Below, one piece after another: positions 20,904-31,853 of a stretch of 64,000 nucleotides of DNA. Source of the DNA: an uncultured Chloroflexia bacterium (lineage in GTDB: Bacteria; Chloroflexota; UBA6077; JACCZL01). The notes under the pieces are model-generated. The model ran no database searches. It was not told the DNA's origin and saw nothing but the letters and a program-made list of their open reading frames with translations. How positions within the stretch are numbered: position 1 is the stretch's first letter; each line of letters starts with the position of its first letter. Where the stretch lies: NCBI GenBank assembly GCA_963765765.1, contig CAVXYC010000025.1:61092-125091 (forward strand). Direction: 5' to 3'. The position numbers and the translations under genes were made by a program.

Positions 20904-21110
20904 CTAAGAAACTATCTCAGGTAAGTCAGGCGGCGGAGCCAGAGCAGAGCGCAGGCGAGCTTTGAGCAGGCCCAGGTAGTTCTCGGCCTTCTTCTCCCAG
21001 CGGATCAGGATCCCGCGGCAGCGCGACAGCCAGCTGATCGTCCGCTCGACTACCCGCCGCCGCGCGGGGTGCCGCTTCGGGCGGGCCGGTCGCTCGTCGC
21101 GGATGAGCGC
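20904..21110 (-). mobile_element. IS5-family transposase C-terminal remnant with probable right end
   Basis: RHPARRRVVERTISWLSRCRGILIRWEKKAENYLGLL; ends in GAGATAGTTTCTTAG. Confidence 0.8.
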
Positions 21111-21135
21111 GATGTGCGGGACGTCGTCGTGGACC

Positions 21136-23082
21136 TTAAAACCAGAAGTCGGGAAGGTTTCCAGGCCCCCGCTGGCCGCGATCGAATCGCCAGGCGTTCG
21201 GATTGGTCGGGTCAAACGCGCGGATGCCTTCGCCCTTCATTAACGCGCGGACGCGTACGTCCTCGTCCTTCCCTTTCACCGGCGGCGGGTCGAAGCGCCC
21301 GTTGGCTTTCGCGACCTCGTCCCATTCGCGGAAGAAGTCTCCGACACGCCAGCCGGCCACTTCGGCCTCGTTGACGCCGAGGTTGTGAGCCCAGAGGCGA
21401 TGGCGGAAGCTCCGCACTGTTTCGGGGTGGTCGAGCACGAAGTTCACCTCGGTGTCGAAAAAGAACCCGCGGGGATTGGCGTTGGCGGAGCCGACGGACA
21501 GAGCTTCGTCGTTGACGAGAATCAACTTCGTGTGCAGGAGTCCGCCCTTGGATTGCAGCGTATAAACGCGCAGATGCGTCGGAAGGAGCGGCAGGAGGTG
21601 CCGGTAAGAATTCGAATCGCAGCGCACTCATGTTCTGCGGGAAAAAGCCGGTTCGCGGATCGTCGGTTCCCGTTGACACCACGACCATGACGATCATCTC
21701 CGGCTGCGACTGCACCTGCTTCACGATCGCATCGGCGAGCTTCGGCTCGTGAAAATACGCGTTCTCGAGATAGATGAAGCGCGTAGCTCGGCCGATCAGG
21801 CGGAAGTAACCGCGCCAGATGTCGTCCCGCCGGATGTCCAGTTCATGGAGCCCATAAGGAGGCCCAAGGATTGGGCGACCCGTTCGAAACGGTGCGCAGC
21901 ATCTGCACGGGATGCGGATTCAGGACGCCCGCTTTGTCGTCGCTGCCCGGACTGCTGGCCGCGAGCTTCTCGAATGGCTTCCATCCCGCCAGCGGCGCTA
22001 CCGTCAACTTACTCCGATCGCGATTCCAGAGCTCCACGAACTGTCGCTCGAGATCGTAGGCGATGCGGCCCTCCAGCTTCGCCATGACGTCGTGCCATAC
22101 CCACGTGAACCCCCAGTTTCGCGAAGGCGGCCGTTCGCGATATCGAGCCCGCCGCAGTAGGCGACCGTGCTCTTCCCCCGTTTGGCCACGATGAATTTCT
22201 GATGATGCGGCCAACTATGGAAGCATCGGGATGAGTCGCTCGACGATGTACTTAAAGTGATCGCGCTCTGCGGCTCTTTAATGTGACAGAATCAATTTAT
22301 TCACGGGCGTAAGGTCACCCTTGAAGGGACTGCGGGTCGGATGCTTGGCGATGATGACCCGGATTGTGACGCCTTCGATGGCCTTCTCCTTCAGGAGATC
22401 CGCCCACGACCGCGCGATCGGGTCCGCGCCGATCGGGTCCGCGCCGGCGGGAATGGGCACCCCCTGTGGCTCGAAACGCCAGCTGGCGATATAGAGCGTA
22501 TCCCCCGCGCGGAGCGACTCGATGGTCTCCCGCATGCGCTCGTAGCTCTCGAGCACATCGCGGAATCCGCTCGTCCATTTCGGTGCACGGGGATCGCCTG
22601 TGCCGTCCGAGTTTCTTCCATGGATGAACATCGTGACCTTGCCGGTGGTGTGCTTGGCGATGAACTCGTCGTACTTGCGGCTCGCGAGTTCCGGCAGAAA
22701 CACGCTCGGCGTCGCCGAGGGCGTCGAGTATCCGTTCGGCGATGATGAGGTTGTGCTCCCATTCCGCGCGCAGCTTGGAGAAGTCCGGCTCGTCCTTCGC
22801 GATCCGCTTGCCGACGCCGGCGCTCATCCGCTCCGGGTGCAGCAGGAAGAAAATGATGTCGGCGATGACCGCGGGATCCGTGATGCCGGCGTCCTTCGCC
22901 GCACTGCCACGTCGCGCCAGAACGCCCCCGCTAGGAACTGCTGCTGAACGGATGGCGGCAGATCCGCCACCCGGAATCCGCCAACGGTCGTAGACAGGCC
23001 GCACAACCTGAGGGACCGCCGAGATCGGCACAATGCCGCTGATGACCGGGATGGCCGCGATCGAAGAGACTTCGCCGATCAC
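21136..23082 (-). CDS. Phospholipase D-superfamily protein (two HKD-type motifs) with an N-terminal accessory domain; multiple frameshifts
   Basis: LYIASWRF, HHQKFIVAK..AYCGGLDIA, WHDVMAKLEG, FIYLENAYF, HTKLILVNDEALSVGSANANPRGFFFDTEVN, RLWAHNL. GTG start overlaps the TGA of the upstream gene. Confidence 0.8.
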
Positions 23083-25949
23083 ACCTGCCTGCCCGTCTTC
23101 GGATCGTATTTCACTTCCACCGGCACGATCTGGTCCGTCGGCAGGATCTCGATCCACTGATCGAAGATCTCGTAGTTCTTCACCGACGTTGAAGCGGAAG
23201 CTGTCCTCCAGCGGAAAGAATCCATGCTCGTAGACGCGGTCGATCGGGGTGGCGGTGACGGTGTTCTCTTCGTCGACCAGTGCCGGATCCGACACTTCGT
23301 CCTGCTTCGGATACTTGCCGGTCTCGATGCCTTCCCGTACTTGCGTCTGATCTTTCTCCGCGAGATCCATCAGCACGTCGATCAGCTTCTGCCCTTCGAG
23401 CGGCTCACCGTTCACGTCCTTCTCGTCAGGGTTGCTGGAGTGATAGATGACGTCGTCAGTGATGCCGTTCATCCCCTCGACGCCCTTGAGCCAGTTGATG
23501 GCCGCCTGCTCCTTGCCGGGGCGGATGGGAATCACGGCCTTCACCCACGGCGCGTTGAGGAATGCGTTGCGCATGTTGTCGCCGTCGAGCTGCAACAGCC
23601 ATCCGAGCGAGCTGCCCAGCTTCGCGGGCTCGGAGTCTTCGGTGATGGAGTAGTTGTCCCGCTGCGCGTCGTCGACACCACCCCAGCCGACGGTGCTCGC
23701 ACTCATGACGCCGGAGGGCACGCTCGCGTTCGCCGTCAGAACGCGCTTCACCAGCCCCCGCTGCATCACCGACGTCTCGATGTTCGCGAGGCCGCCGATG
23801 TCGAAGGTCGGCCGCGGCGGTGTCGGCTGCACCTGCTGCCGGCTGCGATGGAGCCGCGGTCGCCACCATTCCGGCGCGACAAAGTACAGCATCTTGTCGA
23901 TGTCGAAGATCGAGTTCAGGAGCTCCGCCATGACGTGACGGGTGCGATCGTCCGGCATGTCAACGCCGCTGAGCAGCATGTCCTGAATCAGCTTGCGGTA
24001 CACGACGATGCGCTCTTCGTCGCGCAGCTCGTCGGCGTTGCGCGTCTGGATCTTGCTCGCGATCGTCACGCGCTCTTTCACCGTCTCGACGTACGCCTTC
24101 TGATACGCGGCGCGTTCGGCTTCGCTTGAAGGCCGCGAGATTGGCCTCATTCTTCGCCGTGACCGCGTCGTTCGCGCCGGCCTTCGGCGCCCAATGCAGG
24201 ACGAGCTTGATCTGAACGCTGTTCTGGCCTTGAAAGTCGGCGGAGTCGAGATGCAGGATGAACGCGCCGTCACTTGGGAAGCGTGCCGAGGCGCGACACG
24301 CTGACCGGCTTGCCCATGGGGATCGAAGTCGACGTGCGTCAGCATGTGGTTCGCCTTCGGACAGACGAAGTCCTGCGGGAAGTCCGTCTGGATCTTCTCC
24401 AGTTCTCCATGCCATTCGGAGTCGTCCACTTCCACGCCGTCGACGTAGACCTCCCCTTCGTTGTCCGCATCGCTCGGCGACGGAGATGAAGGGGATGGTG
24501 ACCATCCTCTCTTCCTGGAACGGCTGCAGCAGCGGGATCTCCTCGGGGTGCGGGATGCCGTCGAGATCGGCCGGCTTGGCGATGTGAATCAGCTTCGCGA
24601 CGCCAAGGTCGCGGCCGGGATCATCAACGTACGTCTGCCAGCAGAGAAACGTGCCGATATCCTGCACCTGCACGCCGACCTGCCGCATCTTCCGCCGCAG
24701 CTCGTAGTTGATGAGCTCGTGCGTCGTGTTGGCCATGGTGTGCTTGATGCTCACCGAGTCGCTCGTCTCGGTCGACGGTGTTGAACGTCGACTTGAAGTT
24801 CTTGCGGATCTCCGACGAGAGCTTCTCCGTCTTCTGGCGCATCTGCTTGTGCGTGACTCTCGCGCGCCATCTGCTGCGAGTTCGTCATGTCGAAGCTCGA
24901 CGTCGCTTCGATCGAGCCGTACGACGCCTGCACGCTCGCGCCGAACTTGATGTCCCGCTGGTTGTCCTGCTTGACGGCCTCGGAGATCTCGTCCTGCTGC
25001 GTGGTCACGGTCTCCGACTTGGTCACCGTCTCCAGACTCTCTCGAGCGTCTTCTCCACGATCGTTTTTCGGGTGTGGACTTCGATCAACTCCACGCTCGA
25101 GCCGGGACTCAGCCAGACGTGGCTGACGGGCGTGCCGAGGAACGTGTCGAGCTCGAAGAAATACTGGCGGAACAGATGGACGACCGCGATCGGCGACAAT
25201 GCCACGCTGCGGATGTGCTCGCGGTCCTGCGGATCGATGGTCTCGAGGCTGAGCAGCGCCTCCGCACCGTCCTGGGCCATCGCCTTCGCGATCAGTTGCT
25301 GCGCTTCCTCGATGCTGTTGCGCGTCGCGTAAAACATGTCCGTCAACACGGCAAACGCCTTCGTGCGGACAAGATGGGCCAGCACGCCGGCGACCGAGGA
25401 CTCGTACTGCACCTGCTGCTCGAACGCCGCCATCTGCGCGTTGTTGCGCGCGAGCATCGCCTGAGGGTCCGTCCCGCGTGTGCGCATCAGCGTGTCGAAC
25501 GTCTCGGCGCCCGCTTTGCGAAGGTCTCCATAGGCGCGCGTGTAGAACTGGACGACGTCGTTCTTCAGGATTGTCTGCAGCCGGTCGTCCGTGATGACGG
25601 CCGGCCAGACCGCGGGCTCGAGCCGCTCGAACGGCGGCAGTTCCGCCGAGATCTTGAGGAGAACGATGCTGTCGAATTGACGGAGCTTGCCGCCGACGAG
25701 CACACCCGGATCGACGTCGATCCGGACCTGCTGGTTCTCGCCATAGGTGATATCGACGAGGGGGGCGAACCTACGCTTTAACGTCTCGAGCAGTTGCCGC
25801 TTGTCGTTCTGGTAGCCGTCCCGCAGTCGCTGCTCGACGCGTTTTGACTTCCATCCGAGCAGCGGCTGGTAGACCCCGAACATCTCGCTGGCGTATGGCA
25901 GCACGGACGTGTAGTCGGTGAGATCGGTGATTCGCTTGACGGTGGTCAT
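23079..25949 (-). CDS. Large (~950 aa) uncharacterised protein, frameshifted
   Basis: RBS AAGGAG + MTTVKRITD. Continuous protein-like sequence across ORFs 25023-25979, 24751-25026, 24624-24842, 23960-24754 and 22315-24435, ending EILPTDQIVPVEVKYDPKTGRQV* (TGA 23079). Confidence 0.8.
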
Positions 25950-27375
25950 CGTTACTCCTTCTTTCCGTCCGCCGCTCACCCAGTCGACGGTTCATCATCA
26001 TAGTCTGCATTGCCACTCGAGCTCTCTGGACTGCTGCGACGACGATCTGGTACCCAGAACCCCCATTCTGGCCATCAGCAGCATCGCTTTCATTCGCGGA
26101 CGAGCAACTCGGCGGGGCACTAGAATACGGGCAGGACGCGGTTATGGGCACTTTGCTTAAGCTCGCGAGCGATCCAGGTCGGTGCGACAGCGTCGGATGG
26201 AAATGTGATGTGCAGCCGATCATTGGGTGAGCCCATCAGGATCACACCGGCGGGCAGGCTTCCCGCAGAAAGTGAGACATCCTTGATCTCCGATGGCGCC
26301 CCAGTGCTCGGCATTCTGTCGGTCCTGGAACTGGCGGAGTTCGCCATGGAGGCTACCGAGGTCAAGACTCCCGTCGGTCGCGGTGGAACTCAACTGACGG
26401 TAATGTTGGGCCAGCTCGAAGATCGTTACGTACGATGCCTCGGTCGTCGAAGCAGGCGGTGACGGTTCAGCGTCGGAACCCAAACTCGGGCTAACTGGGC
26501 GGTCACTGGTGCCGGTTGTCATGTGCCGACCCCCGTGTCAGTTGTGCTCGGAGCGTGCGACGCGGCCTGACGATCTCTTCCGGACGGGCTACCGCAGTGG
26601 CATGTTCGGCGAACAACGCCGCGCGTACGTGCCTGATCGCGTCAGTTGTCGCGGCCGTACCGCTCGAAGACCGAGAAGAACGGGCCCCGTTACCGACTCG
26701 GTCCGCGAAACCGACAAGCGCGGCACCGGGCTTTCCCTTTGCTTCCTGCATCGTTCCGCTCCGGCGTGTGTTCTGACGCTGCACAGTTGCATACGGGCAA
26801 TAGCGTGTCAAGGCCCTCTTGGCTGCACGTGGAGAGTACGCGCCGCGCAGCGCTCGGCCACTGAATTCCGCCACTCGGTCTGACCCGCTCGGGGGCGGCA
26901 TTCCGAGGAGAGGTGGGCTCCAGTTCATTCTTAAAGGGGCCGAGCGATCATCGGGCGCCGCGAGATCATCGCTGCCGTCGCGCATTATCGCTCGCAACCG
27001 ACGCCGTCGCGATCGCCGCCGAACCGGTGCGGATTCGGCGGCCGCACGGCGAAGTTGCAGTGCGGGATGTCGGGGCAGTCCAGATGCGACGAGCCAAGTC
27101 CCACGTTTGACAGGCTCCGTAGTACCGTAAATATGAGTTCGGTGGCGATCACGTTCAGACGTGCCAGTCGGGCGAGCGCCGACTCTCAACTGTTGCCCCA
27201 GACCAGACACGTGCGCCCGACCCGGTGCGCACGTGTCCGTCGTCATATGCTCCACCCGGGCGTCCGAATTGCGACGACCAGACGAGCCGATCGGAAAGAC
27301 GAGGTGGATGGGCAGATCCGGGAGGGCTCGGGCCTTCCCCGGAGCCGTCGGCGATGCGCGGCCCTGGCACGGCGA

Positions 27376-29331
27376 CTACCAGACCACTTCGTAGATATGC
27401 TGGTCGGTCCCGCGGTACGCGACGTGCTGCGTGCTCGGGCCCTCGACGGGGAAGGCCGCGGGCCGGTCCGCGGCCGGCGGCACCCCGTAGAACGCCGTGA
27501 GGTCGACGTGCGCCGGTGTGCCTCCGCCCGGCGTCCATGAAATGTCGTGCAGTCGGTTGTTGGACGAGCGGTAGATCACGTGCTTGGTGTTCGTACCGGC
27601 ACTGTAGTAGGCGGCGAGCGCACCGGCCGGCGGCGGGGTGCGCCCGAGGGCGCCGTGAGGTCCCAGCCCACGACCGGGGCAAGGCCTTGCCAGTATAGCT
27701 CCCACAGATGCCCGTCATTGCCAAGATAGACGATCTGGTGGGTATCATCGTGGGCCGTGTAGTAGGCGACGGGGTCGCCCGTGGCCGAGGGCGTGCCGGC
27801 GTAGCCGGACAGGTCCTCCGTATGGGGGACCTGTCTCGTCCAGTACAGGCTGCGGATACGGTTGCCCCCGCCACGGTAGATCACGATGTTCTCGCCGCTG
27901 CCGTTGACGAACGCCGAGGGTTGGCCGTCGGCTGGAGGCGCGGACGCTAGCGCGGTGAGGTCGCCCCCGTACAGTACGGGAGCCAGGCCGAACCACCGTA
28001 GCTCGTGCAGGTGGCGGTTGCTGGTTCGGTAGATCACGTGGTGCGTATCGGCAGCGGCCGCATAGTAGCCCACCGGATCGGCGGCGGCGTGGGGCGCCCC
28101 GGCGGTGCCACCGAGATCGTCGTGCCCCACATCCCCGGTCGACCAATAGAGGCTGCGCACGGTTCCGTCGCCGCCGCGGTACAGCAGGATCTCGGTGTTC
28201 CGGCTCGTGTCGACGTAGGCGAACGGGGTCCCCACGGCCTTGGGTGCGCCGGCGTTTTCGGTGAGGTTCGTCGTACCGGTGTTGCCCTGGGCGTCCCGCC
28301 ACAGCTCGTGCAGCCGCCCGGACGTGTCGCGGTAGGCGATATTCTGGACCCCGAGCCCAGGCAGCACACAGGCCGTGGGCGGCGACGCGGCGGGCGGCGT
28401 GTCGAACTCCGCGGTGCGATCCACCAGGTGCTGGTTCGGATCATTGACCCGGACGGAGAACCCGCCGGGCAACGCGCCGACCACCTGCACGTTGAGTCCA
28501 TCGTCCAGCGTGAAGGACTGGCCCGGCTGGAGCGCGGTTGTCGTCAGAAGCTCGATTGGGGCGAGCTTCTGCGCGTGACCGAGCCGATCCGACGTCTGAA
28601 CACGGTAGACAATCACGCCTTCGCTGGGGATATTGCGGTCGAACTGGTCGACCCGCTGGCGTGCTTCGATCATCACGTACGGAACCTGTGAACCGACCCG
28701 TACGGCCGTCACCCTGCCGGATGGGGGCGGCTGGGTGAGACCGACCGAGTACAGGTCGTACCGTCCCGAGCCGAGCGCGTACCGTTTGATGGCGGACCCA
28801 TCGAGCCAGCCGACGGCCGCCTTCGTGTAGGCCGAAGGATGGGTGCCGCAACGAGCAGGCCATCTCATCGAAGGCGCCCATGTTGCCGCCGAACGGGTAG
28901 AGATCACCAAACCCGGTGAGGGAGTGCATGAATTCCATGGCCCACACGCCGAGGCCTTCGAGCATGACGAACCGCACCCAGAAGCCCGAGCTGGTGCCGG
29001 CGCCGAGTCCGCCGAGCATGACGATCGCCGCGGCATCGAATCCCTGGTTCCGCAATTGGGAGCCGAGTTGCCCTTCGAGAATATTGGGCGGCACATCCTG
29101 CTGGTCGACGACCTGCATCGGCAGCACCACCACGTCGAGATCCGCCCGTCCCGACGACGCGGCACGGATATACGCGCGCAGCGATCGGTCCGCCTTAGAC
29201 TGCGGGTCAGGATCGAACAGAACCCGACGCAGGATCTCGTTGTTCCAGTCCGCCGGAATCTGGTCCGGTGGATGCGCGTGTGGCCGATACAGCGGGATAA
29301 ACGCGAGCTTCTTCTGTCCAATCCAGGTCAT
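27376..29331 (-). CDS. M6/M11-like metallopeptidase domain fused to C-terminal fucose-lectin-like beta-propeller repeats; frameshifted
   Basis: WAMEFMHSLTGFGDLY...FDEM (Met-turn)...HPSAYTK..VGWL, IEARQRVDQFD, GVIVYRV; six repeats of (Q/H)xxYRxxxGxLHELxW...DLTxxxGAP. Confidence 0.75.
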
Positions 29332-29699
29332 CGTCTTCTCCTTCCGGTTCGTGAGCTCGGGTCGCATTCGGTAGATGACGCGGCAGGCATGATCTGCCGG
29401 GATGGAACCCATCCGAATAGCCGCCGTGTTCGGGGGGCGGTCAGACCCCCTCGTGCTCGCCGCTCACGGTCGCCTGCAACTCGTTGTTCTTCTCGCTGAA
29501 TTCGGCGACCATCTCTTTCGCGTCCACTCGCGTGGTGCGCCGATGTTCGCGCCGCCGCTACCGCACATCGTCGAACCGGGCCTCGCCCCCAGGCTGGGCA
29601 TCCATCGTATCGACTGCATCGGGCTCCTCCGTCGGTTCTGGACTCGCCCACAGTCTGCGGCGCGAGCGCCTGCGCCACCACCGACACTCGTACAGTTGC

Positions 29700-29893
29700 C
29701 TCACACAGTTTCGAGCCGTATCGCCTCGAGCCAGCGCTGCGAGTACGATGAAAGGCTCTGGCAACAGCTGGACACTTTACCCGTGCACCGTCGTTACTCC
29801 TGCTGCTCGGGCGGCTTCTTTGAATCGAGCTTTCATCGCTTCGAGCAGAACATCATTCCAAAACAATACGGCGTTGTCCGTTCTCGTGAGCAC
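29700..29893 (-). pseudogene. Possible N-terminal remnant of a vanadium-dependent haloperoxidase-like gene
   Basis: RBS GGAGG, then TDNAVLFWNDVLLEAMK/LDSKKPPEQQE, decaying afterwards. Confidence 0.3.
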
Positions 29894-30205
29894 CACAGGA
29901 ACCTCCCTCTGAGTGAGACCGATACTCACCAAAGGGCATTTCCGCAGTCCGCTGTTACCACCCCATCATGGTCTCTCAACGGCTCTGGTTATGCAGTCGG
30001 GGCATCCCACATCTCAGTTCGGCTGCTCACGGGGTAGCGGCGTGAGTAGCCGAACGCTGAGTCGCGCGGTTCTCTGGGAGTCGTGCTAGCGGCCCGTGTC
30101 TGGGGGGCTCCCAGTAACGCGGGGGCCTGGTGGCAACCTTTGCGTAGTGATGGCCGGGCTGACCGGACTCGACTGGGCTGAGCCGGCCGTGGATCGAGGT
30201 GCGCC

Positions 30206-30610
30206 ATGGAACGGACTCGTAATCGGCGCCCGACAGGGGATGGTGCGGCAGGACTCACGATCCGGTCGAGTGTATCCATCGAACAGCAGGCGACCGAGCG
30301 AGCGGACCGGGCCGAGGCAGAGCGGAATGAGCTTCGGGCCGAGCTGGCGCGTCGCCGGGCCGAGTTCGTCGGGGCGCAGGCAAGGCAGTGCGCGACGTTC
30401 GCCCACGAGCGGCATCGAGCCGAGGCCGCTGAAGCCCGCGAAGCGGCGCTGCGAGAGGCGTTGGAAGTGAGCAGGGGATCGTTTCGCAAGCTCATGCGGC
30501 ACCATCGGGACGACCATCACGGCGGCACGCAGCCCTACGACCAGGAGGTCGCGACCGGACTCTGGCACTTGGAAAGGGTTCTTGCCGCCGCTGGTCGGGT
30601 CGGCGCCTAG
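30206..30610 (+). CDS. Hypothetical coiled-coil protein, phage-like
   Basis: ERADRAEAERNELRAEL...AEAAEAREAALREAL; next to an HNH gene. Confidence 0.45.
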   Translation: MERTRNRRPTGDGAAGLTIRSSVSIEQQATERADRAEAERNELRAELARRRAEFVGAQARQCATFAHERHRAEAAEAREAALREALEVSRGSFRKLMRHHRDDHHGGTQPYDQEVATGLWHLERVLAAAGRVGA

Positions 30611-30611
30611 C

Positions 30612-31394
30612 TCACCTCATGCGCACGCCGGGCGGCTTGGCGCACCCGGGCGATACGATGGCATTCCAGACAGGAGCGGCCGCGCGAATCCTTGCGGAGC
30701 CGGCTGTTTCGGGCGTTTGGAGGTGGCCATTGCGGCAGACGCTGTTCGGAAGTGTTCCTGTCCCGATGATGCCCAGGGCGGGATCGTAGCGCTGGCCACG
30801 ACGAGCGGGGGTCCAGTGCCCGAAGTAGACGCAATGCTGATGGCCGTCGGGGCAGGTGGTGGCGAGAACCTTCCCGCGGTGTATCGGTCCGACAAAGTGT
30901 TCGGAGGCGATATGGTGGGCCGACCTCCACGTCGTCCCGTCCCAATAGCGGGCGAACCCACTCCTGATGTTTGCGAGCCAGAGCCAGCATGTTCGAGTTC
31001 TCCTGATCTGATCCCAGAAGTTGGCCGGGAGAGGGTTGAGTGCCGGAGCTGCTGGCACCGTCACCGGTGGCCTGACGTGAGCCGCCTGGCGCCACCTGAT
31101 GTAGTCCTCACGGCACAGGCCATCCTTCTCGGCCAGATTGGTGCAACAATCAACGGAGCATTGGGCTTGCCTTGGTCGGACGGGATCATCGGTAGTCCCC
31201 GTCGCTTGCCATCGTTGGTAGTGTCGTTGGCACCATGTTCGAGCCTGCTGAGGTCGGTCGCAGCCCGGGATGGAACATTCAGGGTGCAAACCGGCCTGGA
31301 CGTTCCCGCCGTGGAACTCGATCAGTAGACCCGTGCAGTCGCCAGCGCTGGTAATGCATATCGCACCACCCGCGCTTGCTTTCTCGCTTGTCAC
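30612..31394 (-). CDS. Phage-type HNH endonuclease-like protein with N-terminal Cys/His fingers, probably degenerate
   Basis: CSIPGCDRP..ARTWCQRHYQRW, CSVDCC..GLC, FWDQIRRTRTCWLW, AHHIASEHFVGPI, C...CV..GH, CRNGH. Confidence 0.7.
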   Translation of the reverse strand: MTSEKASAGGAICITSAGDCTGLLIEFHGGNVQAGLHPECSIPGCDRPQQARTWCQRHYQRWQATGTTDDPVRPRQAQCSVDCCTNLAEKDGLCREDYIRWRQAAHVRPPVTVPAAPALNPLPANFWDQIRRTRTCWLWLANIRSGFARYWDGTTWRSAHHIASEHFVGPIHRGKVLATTCPDGHQHCVYFGHWTPARRGQRYDPALGIIGTGTLPNSVCRNGHLQTPETAGSARIRAAAPVWNAIVSPGCAKPPGVRMR

Positions 31395-31424
31395 AACCTG
31401 GGACGGAGCACGTCACCACGGACA

Positions 31425-31799
31425 TCAGAGTACGCTCTCGAAGCAGGCGATGATGGCGTCTCGATTGGCCCGCACCTCGTCACGCTGCGGTTGATCGTCC
31501 GCCAGGATACCGAAGGACAGCGTGACCTCAGGGTGCCGTGAATGGACGTAGTTCTCTTTGGGCTGTCCACCACTCAGCACGGCGGATGCGGCCGTCCACT
31601 GGAGCGATGCGCCGCTCGGCGGGTCTGAGAGCACATGGAACTGGATGTGCGGCGTGGGCTGCTCCACGACACTGACATCGGTCATGGTGATGCAGCCGGT
31701 GTCTCGGGAAGCCATCGCCGCTACGATGTCCACGGGGTTGGTGGGCTCGTCGCCGATGGCCGCGGCCGTGAGTAGGACGGAGAGTAGGGTCGGCAGCAT
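31425..31799 (-). CDS. Small secreted hypothetical protein
   Basis: Signal peptide MLPTLLSVLLTAAA; two Cys. Confidence 0.5.
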   Translation of the reverse strand: MLPTLLSVLLTAAAIGDEPTNPVDIVAAMASRDTGCITMTDVSVVEQPTPHIQFHVLSDPPSGASLQWTAASAVLSGGQPKENYVHSRHPEVTLSFGILADDQPQRDEVRANRDAIIACFESVL

Positions 31800-31853
31800 G
31801 ATGCGGCCATTCTACATCTGGTGTTCAGCATCTGGTGTTCGGCGTGGACACTG

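Noticed and set aside
22315-24435. 706-aa ORF as a real fusion of the large protein and the PLD
   Set aside because: A frameshift near 23180 hides a natural C-terminus (EVKYDPKTGRQV*, TGA 23079); the ORF strings together in-frame and out-of-frame pieces.
25950-27375. ORFs between the large protein and the peptidase-lectin gene
   Set aside because: No consistent frame, RBS or motif; cannot support a gene, though an error-ridden small gene is not excluded.
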